Shown here piece by piece: positions 1 through 64,000 of a stretch of DNA of 64,000 bases. How positions within the stretch are numbered: position 1 is the first letter of the stretch; each line of letters begins with the position of its first letter. Under the pieces are notes generated by a model. That model worked only from the letters and a program-made list of their open reading frames with translations. It was not told the DNA's origin and made no database searches. Made by a program: the position numbers and the translations under genes. This stretch comes from Chrysomallon squamiferum (lineage: Eukaryota; Animalia; Mollusca): positions 20,150,001-20,214,000 of the forward strand of contig CM022665.1 in NCBI GenBank assembly GCA_012295275.1. Reading direction: 5' to 3'.

Positions 1-19568
<19,568 letters not shown>

Positions 19569-20048
19569 GATTAGTCAGAGTACATGGTTGGAACATGATA
19601 TAACACACTGTCTCACTATCTGTTTACGTCATGCAGAGATCACAGAACAAGAGAATTAAATGGAAATGTTTACATACTTATACCAGTAGTAGTATGTGTG
19701 GATGTGGGTGTGGGTGTGTGTGTGGACAAATAATTAAAACTTTCTTAATCTCTATTTACATTTCTGTATTTTAGAATCACCAGATGTCTCAGAAATGTGA
19801 GTCATCAATTTATTTTCATAAACAGTGATCGATAGCATTAGTTTATATTAAACTAAATCTTAGACTGACAGCATATTCTTCGTAAATTAATATTTATCAT
19901 TATTTTTATCTAATCAGATAATCGTTTTGGTTACTTGTATGAACAATTAAAGCCACAAAGTCTGTACAGACTGAATCTTCGCATGTTTCAATCGGCGAGT
20001 GATAATATTTTTTATAAAATTCATCTTAAATATTAAATTGATTTCAAC

Positions 20049-20092
<44 letters not shown>

Positions 20093-20509
20093 CTCATACA
20101 TCCCACATTCCCTACACTTACCCCGAAAAGAAAGACAATCGAAAATTTAACATTTTGACGTGTACTTTTTTTCGCGATACTATCTGGAGATGTTTCTCTT
20201 GCTCTGTAGCGTGATATAATTATGTATGATAACCAGTAACTTCATATTCGCACAACACTAATATTCATTAAGCTAAATGTAATATTTTAACATGTATGTA
20301 TAATAATATATCCAACCCGTAATGCTAACATAATGCTAGACGAAGCACTTAAAATTAGTATTTTAAATACAGCTTAGAGACAGATTTTTTTGTTTTTTTT
20401 TTTACGTCATTTAATAACAAAATAAACACTGGACACTGAAAAATGCAGTAATTGTGACAATATTTTTTCTCATGAATGTTTATACTCTTAAACTAGCTCT
20501 TTAGTGCTG

Positions 20510-20548
<39 letters not shown>

Positions 20549-20624
20549 ATACATATACATACATTATTATTATTATTATTATTGCTCTTCTTGTATTCAA
20601 ATATGGTTATATGCTGTTTGATGA

Positions 20625-20630
20625 AATAAA
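20625..20630 (+). terminator. Candidate polyadenylation signal for gene 1
   Basis: AATAAA followed by a GT-rich tract; other AATAAA (e.g. 20421) equally possible in AT-rich DNA. Confidence 0.3.
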
Positions 20631-22136
20631 TATTATATATTTATTAATCTGAATATGGTGTCTGTATTAAGTGTAAATTTAGAAGAAAAAAATAAAAATA
20701 AAAATAAAATAGGTGCGGTGAATAATTTGATCTGAAACTGAGTATTGTTCGTAATCTTTGTTACCGACAAACGCACACACACGTACACACGCACATAGAG
20801 AGAGATAAACTAACCCCCAAAAATTGTTTATGATGGAGTGTCTCGCTAACTAGTCTGACTGGTATTAATACCTTAAAATCGGCTCGTCCCGTCTAAAGTG
20901 TAGCAGACTATAATAGCGTCACGTGACAATGTGTTACTGCTCTGACACAGGTTAAACTAGTAAATTCCTATTCTGTATCCACTAGAGAACAAGAACGCAA
21001 ACAAGAACTGAATATGGGTAACTGTTTTATATTTTACATAAACTAACCATCAATAATTTAATCGTACGATTCAAACGATGCAATATTATGATATAGAATC
21101 AAATAGCGTTGATAGATAACACGTTTTTTAATTAAGCCAAGTTGATTACTTTAAATTTTCTAACTAATCTTTTAGTTATTAAATAAGTTATCTTAGTTTG
21201 TTACTTAGTTTTCAAACATCAATAAGTACCACAGAATAACACAGAAATATACCTGACTATCCTTTATCAAGCAAAATGTATGTTACATAAAAAAAAAATA
21301 AAAAAACCCCACTTAAACCATAGTTAACATTGCCTGAGTGGTTCTTTGTCTTGAGAACACGTCCCTCAGACAATATGTCGCAAAACGGTGCACCATCAAA
21401 AGATCCCGTTTGACTTAAGACAGACAGAAAAAAAAAAATGTAACGTGCTAATCAGAGCGAGCAGTTGTGAAGCACGTCTACGACAGCCACGCTTTCTGAC
21501 AGGTCAGCGGGCGTGTCCGTCGCATCCCGTTTAAAACACGTGCCGGATATTTATAGAGCTCGCGCGAGCATTTATGAAAAACCTCTGCTGACAGCCTTTT
21601 TGAATTTACTTAGCGACTTTAATGCCAATTTTGAGTTTGTTAATCCCAGTGTTTCTTAGTTTATAAAATAGAGGAACTTCCCCTAATTATACAATACAGC
21701 TTCTAAACAGCCCGTGTACATCTGCCTACTCTCTGCTATTTAGGTTTTGTGTAGTTACCCCCATTTCCTGACATTAGTTAGCTAAACATTGAAGAACTGT
21801 AAAAATATGAATTTATAAACATGATTATACACGACAGCTAAATACATATTACCGTAATGTAATAATATAAAATGTAGCAGACATTTTACTTTAAATGGAC
21901 ATATAAAAGTAAGTGTTTTCTGAATGTTATATAATTCACTACACAGGAGACAAAATTACGATTAAAAACAAGTCTGGCAAAGAGGCACTAATGAGGTTCC
22001 GTCACATGGAGTCATGGAGAATTGTGCCCGGTGACTGTCTGTTTCTCAAATCAGGTAAATAATAACTCTGTTCTAAATCAACAATTAAAATACATGTATT
22101 ATATAATAAATATAATAAATATTAAAATGGAGGGCA

Positions 22137-22213
<77 letters not shown>

Positions 22214-22685
22214 AGAGGCTGAAAGGGTTCAAACGACGGTCTGTTTAACTGCGTCCACTGAAGAGTGCTACTGTCTTTTTGCTGTCAAACTTTCACTCGG
22301 ATGATTCAAAGTCGATTATGAAAACTGCCGACATTAACTCCTGTCCTATTCAATTACTCAAAACATAAAACTGATACTACCTCTGTCACCTGAATGAAAA
22401 CATTTACATGACAAACCTCACAGACTGCAATAAGTCATGCAAACATTTCGTTGAATGTATCAAGTGTGTATTTACTCGTGAACCTGTTAGTCTGTGAAGT
22501 AAAAAAAAAAAAAAAAAAAACAACAAAAAAAAAAAAAACACTTAAAACACTTTCACACAGATTAAACGATCTCCGATCACACAAAACAGGGATTACTGGA
22601 GGTGGTGGGAAAATATTCGAATGTGTCTTCTTAAATCTTTTCATTCGAAGTCAGAAACATTTTAAAAACTGTGCTGAAATAAATA

Positions 22686-22751
22686 TCAGTTTAAACTCTG
22701 GTCAGTTTAAACTCTGGTCAGTTTAAATACTGGTCAGTTTAACACTGGTCA
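22686..22751 (+). promoter_or_regulatory. Four tandem ~16-bp units (TCAGTTTAAACTCTGG) just upstream of the gene 2 ATG; Inr-like TCAGTT
   Basis: Repeat visible; promoter role inferred from position. Confidence 0.4.
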
Positions 22752-22772
22752 AGCTGGTTCGTAGTGGACATT

Positions 22773-60477
<37,705 letters not shown>

Positions 60478-61019
60478 ACATAACTACAACATCTGTGATA
60501 ACGTCTCACACAACCTTTTGCTTCACTGATTGAAGAAAAAAACACCTGAAAAATACTGAAAAAAAAAAAAAAATTAATCATAATGTGTATAATATGTTTT
60601 TAAATACATCTTCTACTAAATGTTTATATATATATATATATTATATTTTTATGGCTATTTCTTTTTTTTTTTTTTTTTTTTCTTTTTTAGTACATAACGG
60701 GCATACATTTTGTATCGAATATGTAGCATATCATGTTGTTTAGTTTAGATTTTCTTTTCTTCTTTTTTTTCTGTAATTATTTTGTTTTGTTTTTTTCAAA
60801 GTTAATACAAAGATTGTACAATTTCAAGTACATATTTAACGTCTGGTACTTTTGAAACTCAATATTTTTAACTTTTTTTTTTTTTTTTTTTTTCTGAAGT
60901 AACAATTCCATCATTCAGAATCACATTTAGGTACCACTTAAATAACATCCTCTCTGCTTTCATTCTGTTTTCTTTTTGTTTGTTTGTGGGTGTTTTTTAT
61001 ATTTTTCTGCAGTAATTAT

Positions 61020-61051
<32 letters not shown>

Positions 61052-61111
61052 CTTTTTACTTCTACACGTTATTGGTTTAATTTTCACATCAACAGTGTTT
61101 GGTGTAATATT

Positions 61112-61218
<107 letters not shown>

Positions 61219-62024
61219 GTCTGTCTGTGTGTATATTTCTGCTGTAAGAAAGTAGACAAAAAGTAAATTATTCGACACATCTGTGATATAATTTTTAAGT
61301 TTATTATTTGCCAAAGTTTAACTTATAAATGTAACCTTGATTTTGATTAGGTATGAGAGTGAATATATGTACATAATGTTCACATTATATTACATAGATG
61401 TACAAAACACCGTAACTTCTTTATAATTTGTAAATATGTATTTGTAGTGTTAATTGTCATTAGATGAAATATGTATTTTCTTTATACTGATATAATTGTT
61501 AACTACAACATTTCACAAGCTGTGTTTTGAAAGCACTGAAATAGTAGTTAATGAGTACACGTGTAAAGCGATACGCTTGAAAATAAACGAAGTCTGTCAA
61601 AAGTGCACGAAATTATTTCACGTGACGTGAAATTGTCTTCAACGTGAAACTTCAGAACGGATCAAAGAAAATGGAGGCAACGTTATTTGCGCACGAAGGA
61701 AACATTAATTTGCATTTGATGTAAGAATAATGATATTTTCTGTAATAAAAGAAAAATGTAAAAATGCATAAATTCTACTTCCTGGTTCCTCTAACTGTAA
61801 ACTAAACGCCACCATTGATTATATATATATATATATATATATGTTGTTACTTCTTATCGTGCATCAGACGTCAGTGATACTGAATTGTGTTTTTTTTCTC
61901 CACTTTTAACATGAAATTTCCTTGATTCTGCATGACATGTATTTGTACCTTTATTCTGTCAATGCATATGTATGTGTGTGTCTTTTTGCGTATGTGCGTT
62001 TGTGTGGGTATCAAAATACTCAAA

Positions 62025-62151
<127 letters not shown>

Positions 62152-63241
62152 CAGATCCTTAGTGTGTGTGTGTGAGTCTGTGTACGTGTATATATATATA
62201 TATATATATACACATACATACACATGTATGCCTAGTGTTTATCATATTGATATTTTTCCATCTTTTCTTATAACTGAACATTAAAGGTAATTTTACAAAA
62301 ACTACGTTTCTGTGTTTTCTGTTACAAACATGACTAAAGCGTGATTTTCGAACTCTGCTGTTCACGTTAAAGTGTTTTAACAAACTGAAAAAAAAAAAAA
62401 AAAGAAATAATAATAAGGAAAAAAAGAAAAGAAAACGACGAAGCAGGTGTTTGGAGACGTGAATGAAGACAGTTTTCTCTCGAGCAAGAATCGTGACATA
62501 TGTGTTCAGCACATCTACATCTTAATTACATATATTTTGTCAGTGTATTGTAAAACTCATCTCTTCCTCTTTATATTTAAACTAAATGTAATATTGACCT
62601 CTAACCAAAGTAGAAGTATCTAACTGGAATATTTGTTTTCAGACATAGAGACAGGTACGTGGATGTGCTCAGAGATAAATGTTTACTACAGAATAGTAGA
62701 TACAGCATCAGCACTTGCCATACAGCATCAGCACTTGCCATCCAGCACCTTTTTACCGTTCCAACCAATGTCAGTGAATGTACTTTCTTCTATTACGTGT
62801 ATAAAACTATCTTTTGATAACACTTTGTACAGCGTTCTCTTTACAAAAGTGGAGGATTTAATAATCAATAACAGAAAATGATTCTCACTCATTAGCTGCT
62901 CAAACATTAACATTAAGTCTCATACTAACAAATACACACACGCGCACTCAGACACATACATCCACACACAGAGAGGCCGGTCTATTGTAGAAGACTGTTA
63001 ATGGTTTACGTTGTAATATGACTTTGTATTTCGTAATCTCCAGGGATTCTAAATGTGTCTTTAATTGAACTCACTGACAGGTGAACTAATTAACACAGTT
63101 TCATTTCATGTTATCTGTTCTATCTATGTATGTATCTATCTATCTCTAAATATAAACAGATAGATAGATAGATGTAGATGTGTATGTATGTGTGTATGGG
63201 TATGTGTGTGTGGATGCGTGTATATCTGTATCTATCTATCT

Positions 63242-63288
<47 letters not shown>

Positions 63289-63793
63289 TAGATACAGATA
63301 TATTATTTATCGTGATCCATTTCTGGTAGAAGATTTCATTTCTCCATTTTAATTTTCCTTTTCTCTTATACAGTTCATTTTATTTTTTCTTCTTTCTTTC
63401 TTTTTTTCTTTTCATCGTATTCTCATAAGATCCCGTGATGACTACAGATCCTGGTCATTGATATGAGGTCATTTACTGTTGTAATAATTTTCAGTGAACA
63501 AAACAAATATTCCATATAATATATACAGAATGTAGGTTTCACTGTTTTCGTACTTTTTGTTTGTGCTGCAGTGTAATCAGTAACGTCACGTGAGACTAAT
63601 ATCACTTTGAGATAATTCGGAGAGTGATTTAAAAAAAAAAAAATAAAGATCTGCTAAAGTAAACTGACAAGACCTTCAATAAGAAAATCGAAGAAAGTAA
63701 ATTATATATGTTGTCGTGTGAGTAGGTACAAAATAAATTAAATTTCGATCAGTTCCTCGATTTTATTTCATATCACAAACATTCCGTCTTACA

Positions 63794-63854
<61 letters not shown>

Positions 63855-64000
63855 GTATTGTATTCCTAGGTTTTCTGATAATGTCACAAAGTACAACATA
63901 TCTACAGAAACAATCTAAGGATGGTTTAAAGTTACTATCACTCTATTTTGAGAATTCACTTTTGTTTTATAATATGTACTTGATGTCACTGTTTGTTTGT

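Noticed and set aside
19569-22772. One continuous gene across the window
   Set aside because: Gene 1 has its own TM, tail and stop; gene 2 has its own ATG and signal peptide
62643-62654. Possible 12-nt micro-exon (TTTTCAG|ACATAGAGACAG|GTACGT) and 20-bp tandem duplication at ~62702-62741
   Set aside because: Downstream of the gene 2 stop with no partner exons; compatible with chance

Overview
AT-rich, microsatellite-dense eukaryotic DNA. An invertebrate, possibly molluscan, origin is an inference from composition only. Most ORFs in the supplied track are microsatellite translations. Reading splice sites by hand gives two tandem, same-strand paralogous genes for single-pass membrane proteins built from calcium-binding EGF (cbEGF) modules. 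Each module sits in its own symmetric phase-1 exon, usually 123 nt. Gene 1 (<1-19568, 5' end outside the window) has an unrecognised Cys-containing N-terminal domain, 32 EGF exons (21 in a young A/B/C exon-intron array), a stalk, a TM exon and a short Tyr-motif tail. Gene 2 (22773-60477) has a signal peptide, about 45 EGF exons or relics (26 in a 13-unit, ~1.83-kb array), a stalk, a TM exon and a homologous tail. The most unusual signals are: (i) several independent minisatellites made of a splice acceptor plus the first codons of the next exon; (ii) two intact EGF exons lying antisense inside gene 2 between ~400-bp inverted repeats; (iii) exon-limited and half-exon sequence exchange between the paralogs. 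Some lesions inside the arrays look like assembly or polishing errors. All coordinates and counts were read by eye; no database search was possible.
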